A stretch of 64,000 nt of DNA from positions 23,622,001 through 23,686,000 of the forward strand of contig CM106586.1 of the NCBI GenBank assembly GCA_048013815.1. Reading direction: 5' to 3'. The notes below the pieces were generated by a model. That model had not been told where the DNA came from, made no database searches, and was given only the letters and a program-made list of their open reading frames with translations. Source of the DNA: Setoptus koraiensis (taxonomy: Eukaryota > Animalia > Arthropoda). The translations under genes were made by a program, and so were the position numbers. The stretch's first letter is position 1, and every line of letters begins with the position of its first letter. Shown in pieces: positions 37,726-50,074 of the stretch.

Positions 37726-39262
37726 CTGAGAATAGATAGAAAAAATTGAGACAACATCCATTATATCACCTTGTTTCATCTACAGAATGTTGACCTCATA
37801 GCCGAGTAAAGAACTATACTACTGTAGCTGTGACAGGGTGTGCTACCAACGAATAAAGACACACAGTGTTAAAGCACGTATTAAATTACTGAACCTATTA
37901 ACGAACAAGGCCTCAAATCCTTGGGGACCCCTCGTTGATTAAAGCCAATAAGCTGTTAATTGCCAGCGCTTCTATCTGTTTAGATCCAGATTGTAGATCA
38001 AATAGTTATTTTGTTGTGTTGCGATAGCGGGCCTCACCATTTTAGGCTCGCTACTGCATCACAGGTACACCAATTTGGTGCACTATTTGAGTGCAGTTTT
38101 ATTCACCTGTGATCATCATCACCGACGTTGTTTATTGAAATTGCATATTATCGTCAGCAATTTCACCCACATTGCACGGCTTCTCTTGAGAGAGGCACGA
38201 GACTCACAACATGGGTTGGATTCATTCTCTTGGAATCATCTCATTAGCTAGATTAATCTTGGTCTGCTCTCTCACAGTCCTCAGATGGAGTGAACATGAC
38301 GGAACATGATGGTGATAAATTAAAGCAAACAGTAAAAGCGAAAACTATTCGAATATATCGGCAGAGAATTAATAGAAATTAATAAGGATATAATCGTTGT
38401 ATCCAATCGGTTGAGCAACTATTTATACTCGATATTCACGACCTGCTTATATTACAAAAATTTTCCTATATTCTACTATACATTGATGAAGCTTGATTCA
38501 CTAGATATACGAGATACTCCAGTCGGACTTCTCGCGAGCAAGCTAGAGGAAGGCTTCGAAAGCTCTGGCGGGTTAGCTCGAACGTGTAGAATCAAAGCCA
38601 AAGAAACTTGGGAAATGTTCTAATTGGAGTTCCTAATTGATTATGATAACCACCGGTATATCGTAATCAGTCGTCAGAGGCGCTCGTGACACTTAAGAAT
38701 TGCAAAGCCAACTATGAACTGTTCCATTAAAGATTTTTCTTTTCTGATTACTTGATCAAGCTCGCTGCGCTTTTTTAGCCAAAGGGGCGCATAGCCGGTT
38801 GCCTTGTTGACAATCCTGCGGGTGCAGAGATTCGCTACCCACTCACACTGATATATAGAAAGCAGAGCAGCGCCACCCTATCGTAGTTTTCAACAAGCTC
38901 GGTGGAGGAGAGCTCGAAAAGATGTGAAAACACAGCAGTTTAGTTGGTTGGGGCTGGAGATCGAGGCGAAAAAAAAAGATCGAAACGAGAAAGATCGTGA
39001 CCGAACAACGTGCCACAGTATAAGCTGCCATGTAAGCTATTTTACTGTCTGAAAGAATGACAGAAACACAATGTATAACTGATGTATCCTGAGTTGAGTC
39101 TAGCCCATTTGAAAATTGCTAATTTGAACTCTTTCTTTGGTCTTTCTACTACTTTAGAGTGCATGTCTTAGCAAGAGAATTTGCTGATTGCACGCCAGTA
39201 TAGCAAATAACAATGTATCTGGAGCTCGCTGGCCTGCACCCACGCACGCCAGCGAGCTCGTC

Positions 39263-39294
<32 letters not shown>

Positions 39295-41879
39295 CGAAAG
39301 AATGCCTTTGGCGTGACTATGTTCGGAATAATCGAGTGAAACTACATGTGCATATGTATGCAGGCTGCGTTATAATGCAGTGTGGATGAAATTTGCATGA
39401 GACACGACGAAACAACAAAGTGCCTCATCTATTTATAAATTGATGGGGCCAATTGAATGCAGTTTAGTTCAGTGCACGAGTTGGCGGGCGAGGTTTCGGC
39501 AACTCAATGTCAATGTTGCAGTCTATCCAGATTTGTTGGTTTGCCAGTTCTGCGACCTCTGCTGTCTTTGTAGTCTCTGGCTGTTGGTGTCATGATATCC
39601 ATTAACATAAGAGAGGAGCTGCTGCACACTTAACTCGTGAGCCAGCCGGAGCCACTTGATGGCCCAGGGGCAATTGCCTAACTGGCCTAACTCGCTAATA
39701 TTACATTATGTTAGACGTTGTGTGTGTGTGTGTATGTGTGTGTTATTATTATATTGAGCAAGCTACCATGTTGGCCGGCACCACTAAGTACAGCCATGGT
39801 GGTGAGCCCTTAAGCTATAGTGGGTGGCATAGTGTGGCCTAGGGTCTATATGGGTGTATGGTGCAATTGACGACCCCATTGCAAGCGAAAGTGAATCAAG
39901 CGTCATGGAGCAAGCATAAAAGTGGGGCCAGTTTCCGAGATAAACGGATAAAAATAGGCAAAAATATGTTAATTACAGGCGCATAACATTGAGCTGCGCT
40001 GCTCGTACCCGTGGTGGGCCCCCCGTTTTTGGGGCTGCATAAAGGGCGCACACAAGCGGCCGATATACGATCTAACGATACAATACATAGACACAAGTTA
40101 TAAGCACGAGTATAACTGGCATCCAGATTGGATTAGCCGATGTGCATCTGATTGCTCTGCCGCTATCTGGGCTATCTCGGTCTAAGCGGGGGCCACTATC
40201 GAGAACATTGGCTACATCTGTCCGCGCGCTGGGCACATTGTAAAGGGATTAGTCAAAATTAAACTTGGTTTTCGCTCTCTCTCTCTCTCTCTCCCTACGA
40301 TTCTCTGGTTAGTACCATTGCTGGGGTTATTTGTGCGCGAGCAAAAATCATCGCGGCGTAAAGCCAGTGTAAAGTGGCCAAGAGAGGGGGAGAGTTATGT
40401 AATATGACGTTACATAACAGTTGGTAGAGCACTTGGCGCCAGCAGCCAAACAAAACTTTTCTTCTTTGCGCTTATTTCATATGTAGCTGACAGGATATTA
40501 GCGAAGAAAGCTAATGCTGTTATCGCGTGTGTGATGTTTTATATGTCAGAATTGGATACATTTGTTGCTGTTGTGTTATATATGAAACTAACACACTGTA
40601 TATATATATCCGTTTCAAATAAGTCATGGTGGTTGTTGTTTGGTCGGCTGGTTCGCCTAGCGACATGCTTGAGAGGCGACGCATGCACAACAATGCAGAC
40701 GACATAGTGACATGTTATTTGTAACAGTCCCTGTTGGCCGGCTGACACAAGCAATTGCAGCAAGCTTGCCAGCCAGTCGGTCAGCCACCAACAGTGCAGA
40801 GGAATTTTCGCTTCTCTAATGGTTAGTGGCGCTATTAGTGGACACAACGCACATACATATCTAAATATCCACGGATCCACATATCCACACATCCACACAT
40901 CCACACATGCCCATGGCCTATAGGCCAGCGTGTGGGGCCCCAAGTTGCACAATGAGCCACTGAATGAACGGTCTAACCAAACTCTAACTAGGCTCTAAAC
41001 TATGCTGATGAGTGGGCTTGATACAAAGGCCAGAGAGCGATCAACAGCGTGCATGCTAATGCAATGTATTATTACCAAGAATAAGAATAAATTATTTGTC
41101 TACCGCTAGCCATTTGTTTCCTCTCGCTCTCCCTTTTGCCTCTGGCTCCCCATTACTATTGCTATTGTTGTAGTTGTTGTCTTGCTTGTCCATCTTGAGT
41201 TTCTTTTCGCTCCCCATTCTCCCCATTGACTCTCTGTTATACTGAGAAAAGCTCTGTTATCTAACTGCATTAGTGTGTTAGCCAGACACTCAGCGCCAAA
41301 AACGTGAAAATGTGCAGTAGTGCCAGCAGTAGTGGTAGCAGCAGACCACAAAAGACACAATAAGAGATAATGGTTTCATATGAGAGCTTGATGATATTAG
41401 AATAGCATGCAAAATGAATGATGGCTTCGCTCTTTTTTTATGTTTTTCTTTGTACATCTTTATACAGCTTTGCACATCTTTCTATACTTTCCGCCCATAC
41501 ACTCACTCTATACCGTACATGTGTATGAATGTATATCTCTGAATACATCTCTGTATACACATTTGTCCATACAAATGCACACGGAGTGTTAGTTATTGGT
41601 ATGGTATCGCTAGTAGTGACAATATCACAATGATGACATTCACATAATGATTTGGGTGCCTGGTTGTGTCCGTAACACAGCAGCACACAGCCAACCAATT
41701 ATTATCATTTCGGGCAAATCGGGCCAACGGTCAGTCGGTACAGTTGGCCAACTGACCGTTGGCTCGAGTTGGCCAAAATCGGCGATTGTAATTTGCGAGT
41801 GTCGATAACTCGATCCAGTATTCACAATGCATATACCATGGTTGCTCCGAAGCGTGGAGCAACTAGGTGCCCAGTTACA

Positions 41880-41950
41880 TAGTGTTGGATAGTGTCGCTT
41901 AGTGTCGCGTAGTGTTGCATAGTGTCGCACAATGCTGCATAGTGTCACAT
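41880..41950. repeat. Degenerate 10-bp tandem repeat (TAGTGTYGCA) x~7
   Basis: Repeated AGTGTTGCAT/AGTGTCGCGT-like units. Confidence 0.8.
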
Positions 41951-44900
41951 AGGGGCGCTGCCACTTGTGTGGGAACAGGCGAAAAAGAGGAAAGGGAAAC
42001 TCAGAAACAAACGTTTACCTTTGATTCTGGCCGTGATTTCCATCATGATTTGAACGAGATAGGCGCCTTCGTTACACCCTGATGGCTGCCATTTGGCCAA
42101 TAACGAGAAATAAAAGCAAAAGGTTCCATTCTGGCCTCTAGCTGCAGCTCTGTTGCCACGTAGAGCTCGCTTTGGCCGAATATGTGTGTGCGTGTGTGTT
42201 TGGCCATTACGGTTACATAACGATCACCAACTAACGTTCATCTGTGGAGTATATGTATCGGCAGTTATGATTGCACTTACCAATCTCACGCACACTCACA
42301 ACAATGCACAGTCTGGCTAGAACCGGGCCGGGGAGATGAAGCTTGGATCTGGCTAGCCGGAGTAATCATGTTGCCTATATGTGCCCTGCGAGCAGATAGA
42401 GCCAGGACCCAGGGCTGTTTCAATTTCTATCTATTCATCTATCTATCACCGGAGATAACACACACACACCAAGGCAGCCAGTGAGGCGGCCCGCGACGCA
42501 CCGAAAACAACTAGATCGAGGGATGAGATTTATCACTACTGATTTATTTTCATCTGGCCAACAACGTGGAGGCCCGCTGGTTGAATTGGCCGCTAGTTTA
42601 GAGTGGAGGCCTCCAATGGCAGATAGCGAGCTGCTGGCTACATAGAGGAGATGGCAGCAGTGTGACAGTGTGTTAGCATGTAGATGGGAGATATAGGGAG
42701 ACGTGGGGAGATATCGGGAATACGTGTAGGGGAGACGGGGTGGGGGGGGGCAAGTAATTGGGCGAAGTAAGCAATGGGCACAAGTGGGGTACGCTTGTCG
42801 GTGTTGTTCGACGAGACCAACAACGTTCAGCACGTGCTCTTGGCAGTTGTGGCGCCATTTTCTTTGGCGTCGTGCCCACAACTCACGTCGCATAACGCAC
42901 ACACGCACACCATATCGGCGAGGCATCCATTTATTTATATGGCCAAGTCCACTGCAATTGCTGCTATATCTAGCTGCTGGTTTGGTTTTGGTTTGATTCA
43001 GTGCGTAGATGCCGGAATGTAAGAGAGCAAGCGAGAGTGAGAGAGAGAGAGAGAGAGAGACCAACACTTGTACGCCAATATTATTACGCAATGAGTGCTA
43101 TTGGCGCGCGACATAGCGATACAGCGACTTGCCCATTCCGTTATTCCTTGGCGAGCTGATAACGGCCCCCTCCCCCCGACTCGCAAGTGCACTGAGTGTG
43201 TGTCTGCAATTACATTCTGTGCCAGCTATGGGGCCCCTTTGCTGGTGGCTGGTGGAGCACGAGCCAGCCATTGCTGCAAGACATCATTTGATCGAAGCGA
43301 TGGGCAACATGGACCAACAAACGAGAGCCATCATCAATTTTCTTTCCTGCCTCTCTTTTATTTTCGTGACAACAGTCTGGTGCCAGTCGCTGTCCCAGTT
43401 AGAGTTGTCGCCAACATTTGCCGCTCTAACGTTGCTTGTTGAACTGGGTGTTGAATTTACAGCAAATACAAACACATAGAGCCCAGTTTGGCGGAACTAG
43501 TGGAGCATCACCGAGCATTGCAACGAAAGTCAACATTGTTTTTCAATGCCAACACTTTTCTACTCCACTCGCTGGTGCAATAGGTCGCTTTCAATTGGGC
43601 ACAGGCTCGCCAACAATATTAAACTAGCTAGCGGCAGCCACTACCTGGCAAAGATTGATTGCTGGCGTACGCTGGCACCAACCGCTGGCATCACTTGTCT
43701 GCACTTGTCCTCTAAAACTACTTGAACGGCTTGCTCATGAATCCGTCAGGCTGCTACCTTATACTACTCTGCTGGCATGCACTGGTGTGATGTTTGTTGG
43801 GGCCCCGTTGTTGAGCGTGCACCCTATAGACTGGCCAGACTGGTAGATGTGACCAGCGGCGAAAGCCAGCGGCCATTGGATATCGGTGCAGTGGTGTTAC
43901 TATATATGAATGAGTCTAAAATACGAGAATGAGAAGTGGCGAGAGAAAGGACTACACCCAATGCGTAGGCGTTTATATATAATGCGTGCCATAACTGTAA
44001 CTGGCCATTTCTAGTCGGTGGCAGCGTTCTCGGTGCATTGTATCATTGAGGTCCGAGTTGTTGTAGTTGTGCAATCGCTTAACTTAAGCGATCCCACGCA
44101 ACTACAAATCTGCAACCAACAGAGCAACAACGGATCAGCAACAACAAAAAACAAACTGAACAAACTGAGGAGCCAGCAAGAGAGCACAACATCTTGACAT
44201 AATGTGTTCCATTGTCGTTATAACTGTACACACTGTCTATACAGTTGAGTTATATACAAGAAGCGTCAACTCAGATGGCCACCTATTCGCTTCTGTGAAT
44301 GCCTCTTGAGAAAGGCTAGCAAAACAGCGACACCAACAAGGTAGATATATATCTACACAGTAGTGGTGGCAGTAGCAGTGGCAGTATTAGTAATATAAGT
44401 AACAGAAGTGGCGGTGGTGGTGGTGGTGGTGGTGGTGGCTGTGGTACACAATAGAGACATGACATTGTTAAGGTAGGTGCACTAGATGAACGACGCACAC
44501 GACAAAGGTATTGAAGCGCAGTGACAGGTGTCAAAGGATATTTCTAGCCTATCTATTCTGGCGAGCGCACACCTACGCTCACATACAGCAAGATAGATAC
44601 CCTCGGCCGATAGATAGACTCTGGAACGCGAACACACGCCAACACAAATAGCCTATAAGTAGGTAGCGAAGATGTTTTTTCATGGAACACTCACAACAAA
44701 TAGATAACTTGGTGTATTTCAAGCACATTCCAGCGGACATATTCCGTTGGTTTGTTAGAGCGTCGTGTCGTCACACAAGTCTGGCCAGGTATTTGTCTGG
44801 TGCTTGTAATGGTGGAATTAGTTAGAGGGAAGGAAAACATATACACGAGCCCTTTGTTTGTCCCTGTTGGCTCGAAAGGGAGACAAGCATAGAATAAGAT

Positions 44901-45645
44901 CGCTCTATGTTTTGCTTGTTACACCAAGCTTAGGGCTTGGCCAAAATTGACTGAATTTCACTTGTGATATTTATGTAATGTCAACCTGACTACTTTGAAT
45001 AGCAATGGTGGTACGACAAACAAACAAACAAACAAGTCGCCCCTATGGACCACGTAATAGTAAAGATTGACTCTCATAACTGACCTCAATTGTACCTTGA
45101 CCGATTGTACCAAGCGATGGCATGGCCATAGTACCAAACGCAAATGCCACCATGTATATCGTGCTCAAACGACATCAAAGCTGGCCATTGTATAGAGCCA
45201 GTTGCGGCAATGACCTATGGGTGTGTGACATAAGTGCTCGCAAACCAATATAATCCAGTTTTGGCAAACGTGAATTAAAAGTTGTCAGGTGCAAAGGTAA
45301 CAAAGGATGTTGTCAGGCGGGGGTCAGCAACGACGAAATGCGTGTTGCTAAAGTAGTAATATATAATAATAAAAACATGGTGCTTTTGTTCTTTATGCCA
45401 CTCTGTTGTCGACATTGATTTTGGCCCCGCCATTCTATTCATATAGCGGCTAGATAAACTGAGATTGAGAAAAATAAACGACCAAACAACAACAGAGGCC
45501 AAATCTGGGCACGAGTCACAAAAACTATTATGAGAACTAGGTGTACATAAATATATTACTGGTGTATTAACCTCGACACGCCACTGTCGCTATCATCGCT
45601 TTAACTTGTGTTATGTTTTTATATGATTGGTGTGAACTAACTTAC

Positions 45646-46875
45646 CAAAAGAAGATTCAGTTTTTCCATGAGAATAGTCCTTTGTTTGTAATTAAAGGTC
45701 CGTTTGCGTTGTTGGCTATTGAATAAACTGGCAAAATAAAAGCTATTTCGTAATGGAAATTCTCGCTCTTGTATCGAGCCAGCGGAGGACCCATTCGTCG
45801 ACGGACTATCGCTAGTTATTCCATCTATTGGTTGGTCATGTTGTATTTGCTGGCCGAATTGGTGCGAGTTAGGGTGAGGGTGAGAGTAATCATGGTTGCT
45901 AGGGATCTGGGTTGAACCAGAACTATCCGCTAAATCCAAAATGAGGCCGTCTAGTTTCGAGCTGGTGATTGTCGAACGGTAATTCTCCGAACCAAAGGCC
46001 CTTTTGCCTAAGGCGGAAAAACCATGCGATGACGAGGGATCCACTAAACGGGGGGAATGGGTATATATTTGAGGCCAGCCAGCATTATTATTGCTAAAAG
46101 AGGCATAGAGGTTGCTGTTGTTATCGGTTGGTGCAGTTTGATGGTGCTGGCTCATTCTAGTTCTAGCAGTTCTAAATCGTCTACTTATATACATTTTGGT
46201 TAGGAATATTTTGGCCTCGAGACACGTCTTCAACTGATCTATGAAGCCACTATTGTCGGGGATTCGCTGTTTCCTGTCCTTGTTCTTGCTGCTGCTGTTT
46301 TGGTCACCGTCGAACACTTTTTGCGTGTTCTTCTTTCCACGGATGTGAACTAAATTTAGGCAAGTGGCAAAGAATCGCCTCCTCTTTTTTCCTTTTTGAT
46401 GTTGCTGCTTGCCAATGGGCTCATCTTTTTGGTGTCGATCATCAAGATCAACTGATTGATGCTGATCAGCGTATTTTTGCCGCATTTTCTGGCTGTGACT
46501 AGACATTGGCGGCTGATAATGGTTTGATTGAGACGACAACGATGGCGACACCACCCTCTCAACTTTTTCTACTTCTTCTTCATGTTTCTTGGAGATGCAA
46601 TCGATGTAGTCAGCGCGACAAACATACCTAGATAATTCAGTCAAATCGTCGCTGATATTCGAACATAGTGCTTGATTGTTTTGATGTTGTTGCTGTCGTC
46701 TAAATCGAATTGAGTGGCAGTTTATATTTGTGTCGTCGCAATCATTTAGTGAAATAATCGAACCATTGTTCTTGTTACAGTTATATTTTGAGGAAGAAGA
46801 AGTGGTCGACAATAATAGATTGAGCATCATCTTTAGGCCGATTCGGGAAAGCCGTGACGAGTGATTAGTTACCAC
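45646..46875 (-). CDS. Uncharacterised S/Q/N-rich protein, probable large first coding exon (ORF 412 aa, likely spliced at 45646)
   Basis: 1.2-kb stop-free frame with protein-like composition; the ORF end ...LNLLL|gtaagt coincides with a canonical donor. No recognisable domain; downstream exons unresolved. Confidence 0.55.
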
Positions 46876-47551
46876 TAAAGAGGTTCACTCTGTGGGAACA
46901 TGATTGCAACTAAAGTCCGAACTGATTGTTGCAAACGGGATTCCCTTATCCGTTACGTCGATTCTCGCACGTAGCAACTATGGCGCAGTCGCTCTCCGAC
47001 CCCAAGTCTGCACTACGTGTGACGCAACGTCAGAAACTATCGGGTTATTTGTGCACTGGTACTGCCTATCTCCCTCACTGATCATCAGGTCTTGCCTGGT
47101 GACCACTGCTTAATGAATCTATCTGAGCGGTTAACCACATTATAGGTCTGTCAATCTACAAGATGGATGGTTTGCTACATTAGCTGGCTGTCAGTGAAGT
47201 TTAAACTCAGCAACTTGATAACGGCATTTGCTCTCTTTACAGTCGGGACACTGTCCCAACAACCGCGGTCAAAGATACTCTTTAGCTCGCTGCAATTGCA
47301 TCTTCGATGCAATTCGAGAACCACGAATCAGTGTGAGTTTAATGGAGTGAATTTGCTGAACTAAAATGAGGCACATCCGGTTATCGGACAATCCTCACAG
47401 GACGGTGTTTTTCGAAGTCGAATAAACAAATAATGAAATGTAAGATTTGCAAAGTTACTTTGACATGCTTCCCATTTCAAAGCAACGTAATGTGATATAA
47501 ACATTTATTCTACAATTGAAACTCATGTGATCATTTCCAAGCTGCAAAACA

Positions 47552-49084
47552 TCATTTAGATTTACCATCCAATTTGATAGTTTCAGGCGTTGGCTTCAGG
47601 GAGAAACGTTTTTTTTCTTCAAATTCACATTTTATGTGCCTGGCAGCATATGCTTCGTCTGTGAGGTCTTCTATTTCCTCTTCTTCAGCACTGCCGGCGG
47701 AATGGTTCCCATTCTCCCAAACACGCCAAGAGGGTGTCATGATTTCTTTGTATTCGAGGATTTCCACTCGAGTTGTGGCGGCTATACTAAATGGAATAAC
47801 TATGTTGTTGATATCGTAGGCGTGCTGTTCGCTTCTCCTTCTCCTATTGATATGTTTGGCCGAATTGTGATGGTGATTTGATGATTCCGAATGCGGCGAG
47901 CCACATAGAGAACTCTCACTGATGGACGATGCCCTTCTATCCCGCTTAGTCCTTTTATTACTTCCATGTTCATGCTTTCTTGTGTTTGTTCTGGTAGACT
48001 CATTGATTGACTTCTTTCTACCTGATCGATTTTTCATTGGTTCCTGTTTGAGCAAATAAGATATCTGATGTCCTAAAGTTACATCGTCGGGAAAAGATAA
48101 TACAGGGTGACAGCATGGATCCAATCGGGCCACACGTTCATAGAGGGGCATATCATGCTCAAAGGGCATCATGTAATTATAGCGACCATTACATGACAAA
48201 CAGGGGGCAACAGTCGGTGGTAAGGAACTACAAACGCAGGGTACAAAGCCATATTTGACCATCTTTCTTTTTGCCTCAGTTAGAATAGCGGAGGATTTAA
48301 TGAGACGCCGCCGCTTGAAATTGGCACTGATTGGTATAGTTCGAGAGCAGTTGTCTTCATTGGGATTGCTGGACAATAGGGGATCTTTACAACTTTTAAT
48401 CTGTTGATGTAGGGCACTATGCTGACGTATTTTGAATTCTAGGTCTGCCACTTGTGCTTGCAGCCATGTCCATTTAGAGGCCAATCTACATCGTTCTGTG
48501 GCCCATTTCCAAATGGCCCTCTTGTGTAAATCGTGCATATTATTAATAGAATGATGAGGGGCGTTGGGTTGTTGATGTGAGCTTCTGGGCGCAATAAATT
48601 CATGACTGAATTGTTCGAGCTCGCCGCAACTCTCGCCACCGGAGCTACTTTCGGTGGCGTCGGAGTCCCAAGCATCCTCAAGGTGTTTGATGTTGGACAG
48701 GAAAGAGCCAACAGGCTTCGTAATTTGTTTGGGTGATAGTGGCGGTTGCAGCTGGGTCGGCTGTCTAGTCTCTTCGGCTGGCGGTTTTTCGTGGCTTTCC
48801 GGCTCTTTGAGCAGAGGGGGCTGGCTAGGCTGGTGGGGCGTCTGGGGTTCTAGGGGCTGCTGAGCCTGTGGAGGCTGCTGAAGCTGGTTAAGCTGCGGGA
48901 GCTGCTGGGGCTGCTGGGCTTGCTGGGCCTGTTGGGCTTGTTGGGGCTGATGAGGTTGTTGAGTTGTGAAGGCGCTCAATTGCCATTCTATGTGATTTGT
49001 GCATTGTTGAACTTGCAATCTGCGAAGCCTATTCAATAAACCATCCGTACGCTGGTCCAGATTTTGTACCCGCTCCATGTCCAT
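47552..49084 (-). CDS. KANSL1: KAT8 regulatory NSL complex subunit 1 (NSL1), 510 aa, intronless
   Basis: RLASKWTWLQAQVADLEFKIRQ coiled-coil; CSRT WDR5-binding-like motif; VARLDPCCHPVLSFP; C-terminal PEHE domain YDINNIVIPFS...KEIMTPSWR...EDLTDEAYAARHIKCE. Confidence 0.92.
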   Translation of the reverse strand: MDMERVQNLDQRTDGLLNRLRRLQVQQCTNHIEWQLSAFTTQQPHQPQQAQQAQQAQQPQQLPQLNQLQQPPQAQQPLEPQTPHQPSQPPLLKEPESHEKPPAEETRQPTQLQPPLSPKQITKPVGSFLSNIKHLEDAWDSDATESSSGGESCGELEQFSHEFIAPRSSHQQPNAPHHSINNMHDLHKRAIWKWATERCRLASKWTWLQAQVADLEFKIRQHSALHQQIKSCKDPLLSSNPNEDNCSRTIPISANFKRRRLIKSSAILTEAKRKMVKYGFVPCVCSSLPPTVAPCLSCNGRYNYMMPFEHDMPLYERVARLDPCCHPVLSFPDDVTLGHQISYLLKQEPMKNRSGRKKSINESTRTNTRKHEHGSNKRTKRDRRASSISESSLCGSPHSESSNHHHNSAKHINRRRRSEQHAYDINNIVIPFSIAATTRVEILEYKEIMTPSWRVWENGNHSAGSAEEEEIEDLTDEAYAARHIKCEFEEKKRFSLKPTPETIKLDGKSK

Positions 49085-49400
49085 CCTTATTTTATGTTTA
49101 TTTATTTGTTAATTGAATAATTTATTTATTTCTAACAATATTTCAAAGGTAAATGTCTGTGTGTTTGTGTGTGTGTTTGCGTGTGTGTCTGTGTGTGTGT
49201 CTCTGTGATTCACAAAACACAGTACTGGGTTCAATTCCAATTTTGCGCATTTATCTGTGCTTGATTTTACACTACACACAAGCCTGAAAAACATGTAGCA
49301 AATGTGCCTATGTGCGTCGCACAGAGAATCGGATTACATCGATTACACAGCGAACAGTTGTACGTATGATTCCTTGAACCAACTTTACTGGTGTACTCAT

Positions 49401-49430
49401 TTTTGGCGCCAAGTTCGAACGTGACACGTG
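49401..49430. promoter_or_regulatory. E2F-like palindrome plus E-box upstream of KANSL1
   Basis: TTTTGGCGCCAA (49401-12) and CACGTG (49425-30), ~320 bp upstream of the KANSL1 ATG; motif match only. Confidence 0.3.
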
Positions 49431-50074
49431 CGAAAATTACGCTGGGAGCTTGGGAGATCTAATCACTCGCCCAACGGGAGATAATTCGGGGAGACCGAAG
49501 CTGAAAGGTAGGCCCCCCCCCCTCTGAGACTTCCCGCATCTTCATATTTTTTTCATTTCCCACCACTTTTGGCGGTTTGTTAGATTCAGTATAAACTTTT
49601 TTTTTGAGCGAATTTTTTCCATGCCAACTCTCCGTTTGATTATGGATTTAAGTGTCTGTGAGGTCTTCGACTTCCCGAGAATAAATACCTTTCGACGAGT
49701 CATCCACCTAGAGCAATGAAATTGGACTATCAGCAGCGGAAGGTCTATCCGATGGGGCCAGGCTAGACTTCCTTCTGAAAAAAAAAGACACGAGAGATTG
49801 CCCCGACGGGATAAATCGCTTTTTTCTGAGGCATCGTATAACACTCGTTCGATTGAACTTTCTTCGACTCTTATCATCACGTATCGAGTTTCAGCGAGAT
49901 TAGGCCCCCGAATAATATTCATGGAAACTAAGAATGCTCTCATTTCGACATTCAATTCTGCGCGCTCGCTTCCAGCTAACAAGACCGAGACACTCTCCCT
50001 GTCGAACTTCCGCCTTCGCTCCCATGTTGGCTTGAATGTTTATAAAGCTTAACGAAGCTAAATAGGCCAAAATT

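Noticed and set aside
39071-39092. ATGTATAACTGATGTATCCTGA resembling miR-iab-4-5p
   Set aside because: Seed altered, needs indels, no complementary arm nearby, and no Hox context.
40030-40125. Minus-strand peptide DASYTRAYNLCLCIVSLDRISAACVRPL resembling GPCR TM3/DRY
   Set aside because: Bounded by an upstream stop, no convincing splice sites, and no other rhodopsin-family motifs (LAxAD, CWxP, NPxxY) found nearby; a tBLASTn would settle it.
49404-49425. LTR retrotransposon primer-binding site (TGGCGCC...)
   Set aside because: Poor continuation of tRNA complementarity, no TG...CA LTR pair and no gag/pol remnants; better read as an E2F-like palindrome.
49542-49982. 146-aa minus-strand ORF as a protein-coding gene
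   Set aside because: No recognisable domain, runs through A/T homopolymers and no homology evidence.
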